Under the pieces are notes generated by a model. The model had not been told where the DNA came from. It worked only from the letters and a program-made list of their open reading frames with translations, and searched no databases. Position numbers and translations under genes: made by a program. Shown piece by piece: positions 1-12,224 of a stretch of DNA of 64,000 bases; within the stretch, counting starts at the first letter, position 1; every line of letters starts with the position of its first letter. Where the stretch lies: assembly GCF_001194135.2 (NCBI RefSeq), contig NC_068982.1, forward strand, positions 89,322,778 through 89,386,777, given 5' to 3'. The DNA comes from Octopus bimaculoides (Eukaryota).

Positions 1-57
<57 letters not shown>
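1..57. repeat. (TG)n microsatellite
   Basis: Pure TG run at the window start. Confidence 0.97.
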
Positions 58-59
<2 letters not shown>

Positions 60-322
60 GTATGAATGTGTGTATGTGTATTAAATTACTTATCTCCAAC
101 TGAGTATTATGTAAACTAGTATATATTAAGAGTATGAATTAAAAAGATTAAGTAATTATGTTACTATTTTCATTCTATTACGGAAGCACTTTTGTCTCAA
201 TTTCTGTGTGTATGTGTATGTGTGCATAGTGTCGACCCTCACTAATCCGGAATCTTTTGGCTTTCTATGTACATGGTGAGTAAGTTTGCCAGACCTCAAT
301 AGCTAGCACCTTCAGCCTAGCT

Positions 323-542
323 TTAACCCTTTTAGTATTCAAACTAACTACATCAAGCCCAGATATTCTACCTGTTTTAGGTTCAAATTGACCAGAACAG
401 GCCTCTCACACCTCCCATACAATGTCATCTAGAAATAAACACATTGTAATCTCAAGGCTACAAGATAATGTATGATAAATTCAAAACAATCTGAGTAAAT
501 AAGCATTAAATTTGATATGACATTTGAATGTTAAAGAATTAA
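323..542. mobile_element. piggyBac-like MITE (TTAA-flanked)
   Basis: Starts TTAA|CCCTTTTAGTATTCAAA and ends TTTGAATGTTAAAGAA|TTAA. Degenerate TIRs with TTAA on both sides, as expected for piggyBac-type MITEs. Confidence 0.55.
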
Positions 543-2282
543 AATGTCATGCTCATCAATACAAGTTGATTAGTATTTTGCTAAGAAAGAAACATGTGAT
601 TTTAACGTTAAACAAAAAAATATAAGTCAAGGATGAGTAATATACTATAGAAAGTTCACAGTTGTTTTTAAAATGAGATGGAATTTACAATTAAACAGAG
701 TAACTAATCAAAACGTCAAAGCCGTTAAAGCCATCATCTTAATTTTGGAAGTTGGATGAAACATCGGAAACAGGAGATGAAACTTGCACATTATCTTCCA
801 TGGGAACTGGTGATGACTATGGCATTCCATTTAGGTGAGTAGCAGTTTATTGCACTCGACTTTCATATATTTTCATATATCCTGTAGGATATTAGCTTCC
901 AATGTTTCGTGTCCATTTATAAAACTAAGCTGCTCTTGACCTTGTCAACTGAAATAACCCATCAATAGAAATTTTATTTTAGTTTTTCAGTTTTATCACT
1001 ATTTTCTTTTCCACTCTCTTCTTCGGGGTTTAGATCTCTCTGTACAATTTCTGAGTGAATATAACGATTAATATTAACTACAAAGTCATCTACTTTTATC
1101 CATTCCTCGATATTATTTTCATTCATCTTTGATGTGAGAAAGATTTCCTGTGGGATTAGTTAGATCATGAACGAAAGAAAATCGAAGCCTTTCTTTAAAA
1201 CTGTAAATGCTGCAAAGTCTTTTGAGGTATTGTCACGAGGTGCTAACTCAAACATTACACTTGGTCGATTTTTCAGCGTAGGTGCCTCTAAAACCTCTAA
1301 GCTTTAGTTACGGACTAAACTAAATTCTTCTTAGAAATTCTTGTACTAGTTTGTCAGAGTATGAGGCGATCTCAGATTTAACTGGGTTTTTCAACCTACA
1401 CTTCAGAGTATAAGCAAAGCTTATGAACATTAACATTCACTTAGGGTTAGAAACAACGTTATTTTCATAGCCATTGATCACTTTACCTTTCCTTTGTCTG
1501 TAGCTTAGGAGGAACGACTAAAAAGTTGCCATAGTACTCAGAATGCACTGACTGGACTTTGTGCCCAAAACACATTATGTAGTTGAGGTCTTCCAGGTGC
1601 TCCTATATTGATTTTAAATTTTAGGCACAAGGCCAGCAATTTCGGGTAAGGGGCTAAGTCATATTACATGGACCCAAGTGTTCAACTCATACTTATTTTA
1701 TCTACCCAGAAAGGATAAAAGGAAAAGTGAACATGCAGATAGACGAAATGCACAAAATGTTCTGTCCGGCGTGCTAATGATTCTGCTATCCCACTGCCCT
1801 ATGCAGGGGCAACTATATTAACCAATGTCTAATTACAAATATTCCACCTGTGCAATTTGGAACTCATTGTAACAATGGATTTACATGGTTTATGTAAATG
1901 GAGTTCCGCAGGTTGTGTGAGTGAATCAGATTTTTGGCAGGCATGATAATTTCGTGTATGTTTAGATGTTACTGAACCACTTCAGCGAGCAATATTCCAT
2001 TGAATGGCAGCCAAGATCTCAGATGGATTGAAAGATAAATTTTTTTGTGCGTATGAAGAATATTTACTGTTTTTGCCAATTAGAATATTGTGTTAAAGAT
2101 TGAGTGCAAGTTATCAATCTTGAGGTAATGAACTGAAAATATTTCTTAATTAGTTAAATTATAAGAAGTAAATATTTACAACACATGTACTTACACGCGC
2201 GCATACAGACATACAAGCATAGATACATACATACCAAAATACATAGATACATAAACACACGGGCCAACATATGCATTCAACT

Positions 2283-2344
2283 GTGTGTGGGTGTGTGTTG
2301 GTGTGGGTGTGTGTGTGGGTGTGTGTGCGTGTGCGTGCGCGTGC

Positions 2345-2385
<41 letters not shown>
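2283..2385. repeat. (GT)n/(GCGT)n microsatellite
   Basis: Visible compound dinucleotide repeat. Confidence 0.93.
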
Positions 2386-2386
<1 letters not shown>

Positions 2387-3088
2387 GTGGATAGGTAGAG
2401 AGGTATACAGATCAAGCTGATTGCGTCTTCAAGTTTCATCGATCGGTTTGGTAAACCAGAGAAAGAATCTTAGCCTACTCATGTTTTATATCGGACGGAA
2501 ATATATCCTTATAGTAGGCCTTTCCTTTGTTTCTTGACTGTTAAATCCTTAAGCATTTATTTAGTTTACTATTGTGAACAAAATTAAATCAGTTGAACCA
2601 GGTGATCCTTGAAGGTGATACTTGAAGTCCCCGTCAAGATGATCTTCTCAATAAACTTGAGTCTCTTATCTATATCTTCTGTACACCACATCACTCGTGG
2701 ACGTCAACTCCGATTTGAGAACACAGTATGTCTTTCATTAGGCTTTGTGTCTACGGTCTCGGGCCAGTTGCACTGTTTGTCTGCCCATGTGCAGGATGTT
2801 TTTACGAGACACCATTCATGCAGTTGGCCATTTGCTCACAATGGACCCATCCATCCTTTGACAAGTCTTGTTTTTAATCTTGCAGAATGCCCACGACATC
2901 CTTCTCATCTGGCTTACCAAGTGGGAGAGTCACTGACCACCTGGCTATGAAGCAGGTAGTACTAAGTTACCCGGTACCAGGAGCAGGATTTTCCTAACCT
3001 GCAGAGTCACACCAATAGTTAATGCTCAGTTGTTATTCGCAAAAGTTTTTTAAAATAACTATTTCTGACATGTATATATATGTATATA

Positions 3089-3186
3089 NNNNNNNNNNNN
3101 NNNNNNNNNNNNNNNNNNNNNNNNNNNNNNNNNNNNNNNNNNNNNNNNNNNNNNNNNNNNNNNNNNNNNNNNNNNNNNNNNNNNNN
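3089..3186. other. Assembly gap (others at 36337-36528, 38375-38859, 48602-48922, 53556-53566)
   Basis: Runs of N. Confidence 0.95.
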
Positions 3187-3304
3187 TATATACACATATA
3201 TATATATACGTAGGGTGATAAATTGAATATTAATTTAGTTAACATCAATTTAAAACCAGTGGCCTACCATATAAAAATCTGAAAATTCAGAAAAATTGTA
3301 TTAC

Positions 3305-3413
3305 ATGCGTATAAGAAGGAATGACCACTAAGTGGACATCCAATATGCTAGAAAGAGGTCCTCTTTCTAGCATATCGGATGTTCACTTAGTGGTCATCCC
3401 TTCTTATACGCAT
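3305..3413. repeat. Near-perfect 109-bp hairpin (54-bp arms, 1-nt loop), MITE-like
   Basis: ATGCGTATAAGAAGG...CTAGAAAGAGG-T-CCTCTTTCTAG...CCTTCTTATACGCAT with 3 mismatches; followed by (TA)n. Confidence 0.9.
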
Positions 3414-5160
3414 ATATATATATATATACGTGTGTGTGTGTGTGTGTTTGTGTGCGCGTGTGTATTATATATATACATATATATATATATGCGATAGTAG
3501 AATATGATATGAATGAGATTTAGCTGCTACTATTAGCTAATCGCATGATCGCATAGGAGCTTTCTCGTTTGTTCGGTCTACATATGCTGATAATATACAA
3601 TGCATTTTATGAAAACGAATAAAAGTAGACGAACCAATTAAATGTCGAGAAAAACTGTAGTTACTATTAGACTGGTTACTAAGTTATTATTTGTTTAGTT
3701 CGTATCTGTGTTAAACTTTGAGAACAGAAGAAAAATAAATTGATCTTGAATGAGTAATCTAATGTAAGCGTCTTTATGTTGCCATGATGCATGTCTAAAC
3801 CATAAGAGTTTGTTCAGTGTAAAAGCAGCTTTGGCAGCAATTCATCGCTTCCGAAAACTGTCCTCTTTACATTATCATTGTTTGTTCTGTCGCAATGCTG
3901 AAACCTTGTAAGGAAAGGGTACTTTTGAATGAGTGTCTACAGTGCATGGCTGTCGGTTATTTTTATCAAAAGTGAGGCAATGAAATAAAGATTAGGCTTT
4001 GTAGAATCTGAATCCTGAGAATAAAACAAGGCTAAAACACAATGCTGCATTGCATGTTATCGAATAATCATTTTTCTGCTGCTTTTACTAACACTCCGCC
4101 GTCATATGTTCTCTATTCTAGAATAATATTTATGAAGGCGCTTGGCCCAGCGATTAGGGTGCTGAGCACAGCAACGGCTAGGAGCCAGTGCAGCCATCTC
4201 TCCCTCCAGCTGACACATCCTGGATAGCCGCTTTCTAGAGGATTGGAGGACCAAGAGGGTGTCTAAAACTACTTGCAGCTACATAGACATCTTATGCAAT
4301 TAGTGCCAGAGTAGTGCACGCTCACATATCATACTCATTTGCGACTGAGAACGTCTAGTAACCAAATCAACAAGACTGGCCTTCTTCAGATCAAGCGTAG
4401 ATTACATTCTTCCTAATGGAGCCGAAACCTAATCTATGAAGTAGGAGTTTCAAGATGATATTATTCCAGAAATTCAAATTAATGTACTTTGCATCTGTTG
4501 GATACAACAGAAAATAGCCGCTAACTTACGAGTACTGTAGTCGTTTAATAATTCTTCCTAATTTTGGCACAAGGCCAGTAATTTTGAGGAGAGATGGAAA
4601 CCGATTACATCGATCCCAGTGACCCGAAACGAAGAAAGAAAAAAAGAAACCTTTGCTATATTTAGACAACCGAAAAAAATGCCACTTGGCATTTTGTCTG
4701 GTACACTAACGATTCTGCCAGCTCACCATCTTAACAACATAATAATACCTTTTTTGCGATTGTCTGTCTTAACTTAGGATGGTGTGATATGAGTAGATAA
4801 TTTGCATTATATAAAGCGAGGTATGTAGAACTAAAAATGTGGAGTTGAGTTCAATTTGAAGAACACAACTGATCCTCAAAACTAAGCCAAGACATCGTAT
4901 TATATAATGTCGAATCACGTAAAGCAGTACACTTTAACATTATCAATGAATAGACTGTGGGTCTGACTCTTCTCTTTCCATTGGGGTCTTGATTTGCGTC
5001 CACTTGTTTGTTCAAATTGCCTTGTGATTGATACTTAAAGTACAATCCACCCGGGATTTAATGCCTTCCCTCACAAATGCCCGCATCACTGCCCGATTGC
5101 GAAACTTCCAATCTCATAAAACATTTCTAACAATTTCACTTGTACTACTGTGCAAAATGT

Positions 5161-5161
<1 letters not shown>

Positions 5162-5205
<44 letters not shown>

Positions 5206-5233
5206 TGTGTGTGCGTGTGTGTGTGTGTTTGTC

Positions 5234-5324
<91 letters not shown>
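5162..5324. repeat. (TG)n microsatellite
   Basis: Long TG run; the source of several spurious CVCV/HTHT ORFs. Confidence 0.97.
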
Positions 5325-5326
<2 letters not shown>

Positions 5327-5358
5327 ATATATATAGAAGAGATAAATAACCCTCAGTT

Positions 5359-5524
5359 AAACATCCATTAATGTTACATCGCCTGAAGAAATGAATCCAT
5401 GAAGATGATCTACCCGATTTCCACGGATACTACAGACTACACTGTAATCATCCCAGGAATATGGACTGGGATCTTAAGAGACATGTGATTTATAGAAACG
5501 CGTGTAGCGATGCATTAGATGTTT
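5359..5524 (+). ncRNA. Type I hammerhead ribozyme motif (Penelope/retrozyme-like)
   Basis: Stem I CATCGC(5377-82)/GCGATG(5507-12), extended by TAATG/CATTA and AAACATC/GATGTTT. Core CTGAAGA 5383-89. Stem II ATGAATC-CATG/CATG-T-GATTTAT with an 80-nt loop. GAAA 5495-98, then C-GCGT-G and cleavage triplet GTA 5504-06. Confidence 0.75.
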
Positions 5525-5737
5525 ATAAATTCCACCCAAGGATTATTATTATTATTACTATATAATAATACCTCCTTGCGACAACGTAACCTTTAATTTT
5601 ATCAAGGTATCCTTGACTTGAAGAGTAACCGGCGGTATACACTTTGCTTGGATTTTTACCGCTTCTGAGGTTCCACTCGCTATGAAACATGTAGCCCGGA
5701 TCTTACCCACTACACTCTGTAACTCTTGAATATATAA

Positions 5738-5920
<183 letters not shown>

Positions 5921-7204
5921 TTAGTAGCGAGTTTCGATAGGGATTTTTATACTTCATGTCTGATGCATTTTCTATTTACATTTGTTCTGCAGTACCAAGT
6001 CCCAAGTTTTACAAGATATATGTCTACCTGGTGTTCCGATCAGCATAGTTCTGCGTATCCCTGAGCAGCACTTTTATTAAAATCATGCGAGGAATTTTTA
6101 AACAAATGACTGATCTCTTTTTTAATTTTTTTTTTTTCTACAATTCTCCGACTTAAGAATCAGTAGCCTCCCCAATTGGCATTTAATTCGATGGACTTAT
6201 GAACAAAAGCATCCAGCTAAAACTATTGTATCTTTTTTTACTTTTCCTTTTTAGATTGTTTAAGATAATCGTCGTATTAGAATGACCAAACATTATTTAC
6301 TGACCTTAGTATTGTTATTGTCTGGAACCTATCAGAGAACATTTCTTTGTCTATAGAAGTGCTTGTGATTGTGTTTCATCCCTATCCTACATATTACAAA
6401 TTGGACGCTGCTTTCGTTTCTTAAATGACATAATACAGTGAATTCAATAGCTCTGTAAGAGTAATTACATACCTTTTCAACTTGTTTCTCCATTATAATC
6501 ATCCCGCATGATAATCATTATAACCATTATCATCATTTCGTATTACTTATTTCAATTATTAAAATGATATTATTATTTATGCTTTTTGTTTTTGTCATTT
6601 TTTTCCTATTTTGTCGAAGAATATATCAAATTTATTATATAAGAGCATGTGGTCTACTTGTATGCTAGAGTTCACAGGATCTTTGCATTGTAATTTTGTA
6701 TTAACAAGGTTGACTTTACATTTTATCATTTCAAAATCGACAAAGAAAAATAATACGTACTGGAGTAGATAACAGCAATTATATTCATTTCCAAAAAAAT
6801 GTAGTCCTGTGTATATTATAGAAATTGTAATTATTATGAATACTTTCATTGTCGGTGGTTTGGTAGTAAATATTATTGAATGTTTGATAAATTCTTAGCA
6901 GTATATAGTCACAATTTCAAATCACAAAGTTGACTTTGCGTTGCATTCTTCTCACGTAGATAAAATAAATAATTTGGTAAATCTAAATTCATGGTCATAT
7001 GTTAAACTTAGAAATTGTTGTCATTGGCACATCACCAAAGTTGAGGTTCTTTGAGTTCGCTTGTGCTATGTTCTAGGGGATAATGTCTTCTAATTCGTCT
7101 CTGTACCTTCATAGGGCCATTTAGAACAAGCAAAGGTTTGCCACTTAGTAGTTAAGTCGTGCGACTCATGTTCATAAGGTGATATAGTCAATTACTGGTC
7201 AAAG

Positions 7205-7510
7205 TAAGGCGATGAGCTGACAAAATCATTAGCACGCCGGAAAAAAATGTTTGCCGGTATTTCGTCCGTCTTAAGTAGCGAGCTGGTAGAATCGTTAGCA
7301 CACCGGGAAAAATGCTCAACGGTATTTCGTCAGTCTTAGGCGGCGAACTGGCAATATTATGTCCGTCTTTACGTTCTGAGTTCAAATTCCGCCTAGGTCG
7401 ACTCTGTTTTCATCCCTTCTGGGGTCGATAAAAATAAGTACCAGGTGAATACTGGGGGTCGATGTCATCGGCTTGTCCACTCCTAAATTTTTGGCCTTGT
7501 GCCAAAATTT
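7205..7510 (+). mobile_element. tRNA-derived SINE, family A (with partial duplicated heads)
   Basis: GGCGAGCTGGCAGAATC head, GAGTTCAAATTCC B-box, core GTCGACT...CATCC...GGGGTCGATAAAAATAAGTACCAG and tail GGCCTTGTGCC. The same family recurs many times in the window. Confidence 0.75.
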
Positions 7511-9009
7511 TAAGTCTGGTGGACTATGTAGCATATTGCGTCATTGAACAACACACTTCATTTCACATTATTCCAGCTGATTCCTAGTGCAGTCCACCCT
7601 TCCACCATCTGTCGATCCCGGGTGCAACAGTGACGGGATCGAGAATGTGTCTACATCTGTCTACGACCACATAGGCGCATAATATGGTTAGTGAAAGCGT
7701 GATATATGCTACCAGTGTATACTCGCCCGCTAGTGACAGCTAAGTCGTATGTATGTCGAACACTGTTTCACTGGAGACCAAATACAACAAAAATGAGGAA
7801 CTTCATAATGATATTTTTTATTGTTTTGATAAATTCTTAGCAGTATTTAGCCGCAATTTTAAATCTTTCCAAAGCTGACTCTGCCTTTCATTCTTCTCAC
7901 GTAGATAAACTAAATAATTTGGTAAATTCAAATTCATGGTCATCTGCTAAACTTAGAATTTGTTGTCATTGGCATAGTCACATCAAAATTTATAAATATT
8001 TAGGAGAGTATTGTTTACCTTATCTTATTAATCCTACATGTCTGCAGCAGAATTATGAATGCTATGTCTTCCAAGAGAAGTAAGTATTAGTATGGATTTT
8101 CTAAAGTCTTAAATTATATTTATAAGAATCCGCGATACCGCATTGTGTACTACAAGTTACATTCTCGAAAGTGTCTTTATTAAAAGACAGTATTGTGTGA
8201 TCCAAGGTAGATTTAGCAACTATTTCTAGCAAATCGAGAACTACTCAGAGACATACCTGGTGGTCTTAATTTCCTGCAACATGCGGGTTAATAAATCTGT
8301 TTCTGCATTGCTAGGTAGATTTGTTTTTGAAATAAAAATTATTTTCTTCCACCAAAAGTTGTAAATACCACCAGTAGCTAGCGTAAAGAAAATTTTCTCG
8401 CTTTTTCTTAAAATATTTTAGATAAACTTCGTTTCAGAATGACCTAACATTTAGTGATTAATAACATAACGTCAGCAACACTGAAAAAATTCCAGCGGAG
8501 CACCGTTTGAGCACCACTGATATAGGAAAAATTTTTAAAAAGAAGAATTTTGTTTGGGTTTAAATAGGATGTTACAACAATGTCGACCGAGCAGTAATTA
8601 AAATTAATTCATTAACAGAAAAGGAAAATATTTAAAATGACCATTTTTTTTTAACCTACTGTGGCCGACAGCAGTTTTCCAAAAGTAATATGGCCGTTAT
8701 GGAAAATGTCATTATCTGAAAAATTCTCATTTCCCTTATTATTATAAATCTGAAACTTCTGATTGTTTATTTAGATAAAGCATGTAAATAGCAGAGCTGA
8801 TTACCTGTTATTTTCCCTAGTTTTATACAGAACCTTGAAGTCGGTGTTTGAAACTAGTGAAACACCCATTAATTGTTCACTGCTACGCTTATTACATTGC
8901 AAACTTGCATATTGCAAAGCAACATGCTGCAGTATAGAAATTAATAAACGCACTAACTGGAAGAAAATTTAAGCCCTCCATCAGGCTTAAAGGTGGTTCC
9001 TCTGAGAAG

Positions 9010-10178
9010 CGCAAAGCCAAATGGTTTGACCCCTTTCAGAAACTTCTTGGAGAACCACCACAATCTAGCGGTCTTCCACTTCCTCTACACTAAATATCTT
9101 AAATACTAGACATCAACACGGGCCTTTCACAATGGATGAGCTCAAAGTAGCTCTCAGTAGTTTTGCTAACAATAAATCTCCAGGATTCGATAACATACCA
9201 ACATTACTGTGCAAAGATCCAATATTGCATGAAAGCTTACTAGGTTTCTGCAACGACACATATGAACATCATTTGCTTCCATCAGCTTGGTTAAAGTGTG
9301 GAAATGTCCTTGTCCCCACAAAAAAAGGTGATCTAACAAGGGCAGGAAATTATAGAGGCATTACTCTGATTCCAATTGCAGCTAAAGTTTATAACAAACT
9401 CTTGCTTAATAGGATTGTACCTATGCTCGATCCAATTCTTCGTGAGAATCAAAATGGATTTAGAAGGGTCCGGTCAACAACTGCTCAAATCCACTCCATC
9501 CGTCGCATACTGGAAGAAGTAAAGAAATTTAACAAGAGCGTCACAATCTGTTTTGACCACTTTCGCAAAGCATTTGATTCCATAATATATCAATCAAAAA
9601 CGTTGACGACTTCAAATATCTTGGATCACACATAGTAAACTCCCAAAAGGACTTTCGCATTGGCAAAGCTCTTGCTTGGGATGCATATAACAGATCTGAT
9701 AAGATCTGACACTCAAACCTTCCACCTACTTTAAAAGTTAAAATATTTAGAACACTGATTGAGCCAGTCCTTCTCTATGGATCAGAAGCCTGGACCTTAT
9801 CGGCTCTCTCAGAAAAACAACTAGATGGAACATATCCCAACCTGCTCAGAAAGATACAGAACATCAGTTGGAGATCACACCCAACACTTAGGAACATCTA
9901 CGGAAATCTGATACCAATATCTCTCAAGCTAAAGCAGAAACAACTACAATTTGCTGGCCGCTGTCATCGAGCAGAGAAAGAGGTTATCTCATCCTGGCTC
10001 CTATGGCATCCCTTTGGAAGTGTTTTGTCAAGGAAACTGACATTTCCAGATACTATATCTCGGAACTCATAGCTGGATATTAAAGATCTGAACACAGCAA
10101 TGCAGGACCATGTATTGTGGAAGGGGATTGTCAATGGAGTTCCGACCAACCATAGATTGGTCGAAGGATGATGATGAT
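9010..10178 (+). mobile_element. RTE-clade non-LTR retrotransposon, 5'-truncated, RT core internally deleted
   Basis: ORF 9132-9635 (KSPGFDNIP...NYRGITL...ENQNGFRR...FRKAFDSI) jumps directly to FKYLGS...LLYGSEAW-like C-terminal sequence; ends in a (GAT)n tail. Confidence 0.85.
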
Positions 10179-12033
10179 TACATTGCTAAATGAGAATACT
10201 AATAAAACAAGAAAAAGCTATATATAAATAAAAGGTTCTCAGCACAACTAAGAGATAAACTATAATTTATCCCGTTTAAAGGGCTTCAGGGAAAAGGAGA
10301 GAGAGTGAAGTAGATATACTCAAACTGGAGACGTAATATGAACGCTTGTAACAGAAGTGTAACCGCTAAAGATACTCGAGGGCCAAGTGTTGGAATTGAA
10401 CTCGGTAACGGAGTAAGACTACCCTTCAAAGACAGATACTTTCTCCAACTAAATTTCACTCACAAGGTTTTGGTTGACTTTGACTTGTGTCTCTGAAAGA
10501 AGACACATAGCCAATTTATGTGTGGATGTGTTGCACAATGGGACTGAACATGACGCTATGTTGTAAAGCAAATTCCTTTGCAACACAACCATGTCCAATA
10601 TATTCACATATTTTAAGACAGGGAATAGCGTACAGCATGTCCAGACACACTGCATCCCATTACTGTATTCTGGAGTGTATAATATGGTCTTAAGTTAGGC
10701 AGATTGTACAAGTGAGAAGAAAATGTCTGTGAGTCACGTCAAATCGCTTGACTGAGTATCCGCTTGTTGTAAGACTTCTTGATCGAAACAGATAAGGGCT
10801 ACACAGAAGCAGCAACTACTATTACTTTAGTCATACATGGCAAGTGAGCCAATATGAGAGGCGCAACACGGCTGTTGTTACCGTTTGCTTGCTTGCTTCA
10901 TACTCTTGCTTGATAGGGCTGGGGACATCCCCGGTTAGTGGTCCGAATCGAATGAGAGTAAAGCTCTGAAAGCAGCAATCAAATTCCTTCAAATAAAAAA
11001 TGGATGGTCATATCAACACATGTGACTCTAGACATTCAGAATGACGAGTTGATCATGACTGAAATGCATTCGATCATAGATCTGCTCGTATAGGGTTGAT
11101 CAGGAGCTAAACAACAACATTATAGTCATGTGCTGGTGAAGTGGGATTACTATTTTATTATAAATAATACTTTTATATACAGGTCCCAAAGGGATGACAA
11201 GCAAAATCCGACACCTAGTGATTTGAAATCACGATGGTACGAAATTAAATATTACAAAGAATTAATTACAGCACCCTGTGTTTTCACTTCCAATTCTTAC
11301 TTTAATTATTTATATTCCAAAGATGAGTCGTTGCTATGATACATTAAATCTCCAGACTATTAAAGTAATTTCCATGTCTTTATCTGCTACACTGTGTTTT
11401 GATTAATCTAAATCCGGACGTTTTCAGATTATGCGCTATATTAGTCTTTGGATATGAATATCTGGTGCTGTGGCACAAAAGTCAAGTAGAAAATAAGATG
11501 ACATCTTCTAAATATAAAGACTCTGAGTTGAAACACAACCTATCCATGAGTATGTAGTTGTACGAATATACACGATCACAAGCATAGTTGTGTGATTAAA
11601 AAGTTATCCGCGGTCTCGAGTCCGATCCCCCACTACTACATCATACGTTAAGGTTGACCGTTTTTAGGTTCATCTCTAGCTTGTAAGTAGACTTTAGTGG
11701 ACAGAAACTATGTCAAAGACCTTCTAATATACACGTAAATACAAAGACACACACACACATATATACACACACTACACACACACACATATATAGTTCATAG
11801 ATGAGATCCAAATATTCTCCGTATAGAATAAACTTAGTAGTGCTCAATAGATTTAAACTTGAGCGGGTATAGAGGTAAATGTAGGGATGAGCGAATTAGA
11901 CAGATCAATATATAAAGTGTATTAAATACATGAACTACACAAACTATATCGATGTATATATATAAATAGGTCCAACTTACACAGATTAGAAATGTTATAG
12001 AGAATTAAAGGGGTGTAGGAAAAGTATTAGAAA

Positions 12034-12121
12034 TCCAACTGCTGTTTCTGGGGGCTCGGCGGACCATAATATTTGTAGATTGATTCCTTCATATGATGAA
12101 ACGAGCCTCCGTCTTCAGGAA
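12034..12121 (-). ncRNA. Degenerate hammerhead-like motif
   Basis: Minus strand reads TTTC-CTGAAGA-C-GGAGGCTCG-(~43 nt)-CGAGCCCCC-A-GAAAC-AGCA-GTT-GGA. Confidence 0.5.
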
Positions 12122-12224
12122 AGAGATCGTACATTAGAGATATTGAAGGCGAGAACTTCTCTTCTTCAACGTCTCAAATACAATATCTCTTCCCTGAAGA
12201 CAGAGTATTCGCTAACGATGTGCC

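Noticed and set aside
690-2990. Faint LINE-like (690-1560, 2600-2990) and mariner-like (1880-2100) remnants
   Set aside because: Motifs are too degraded to support a call without alignment.
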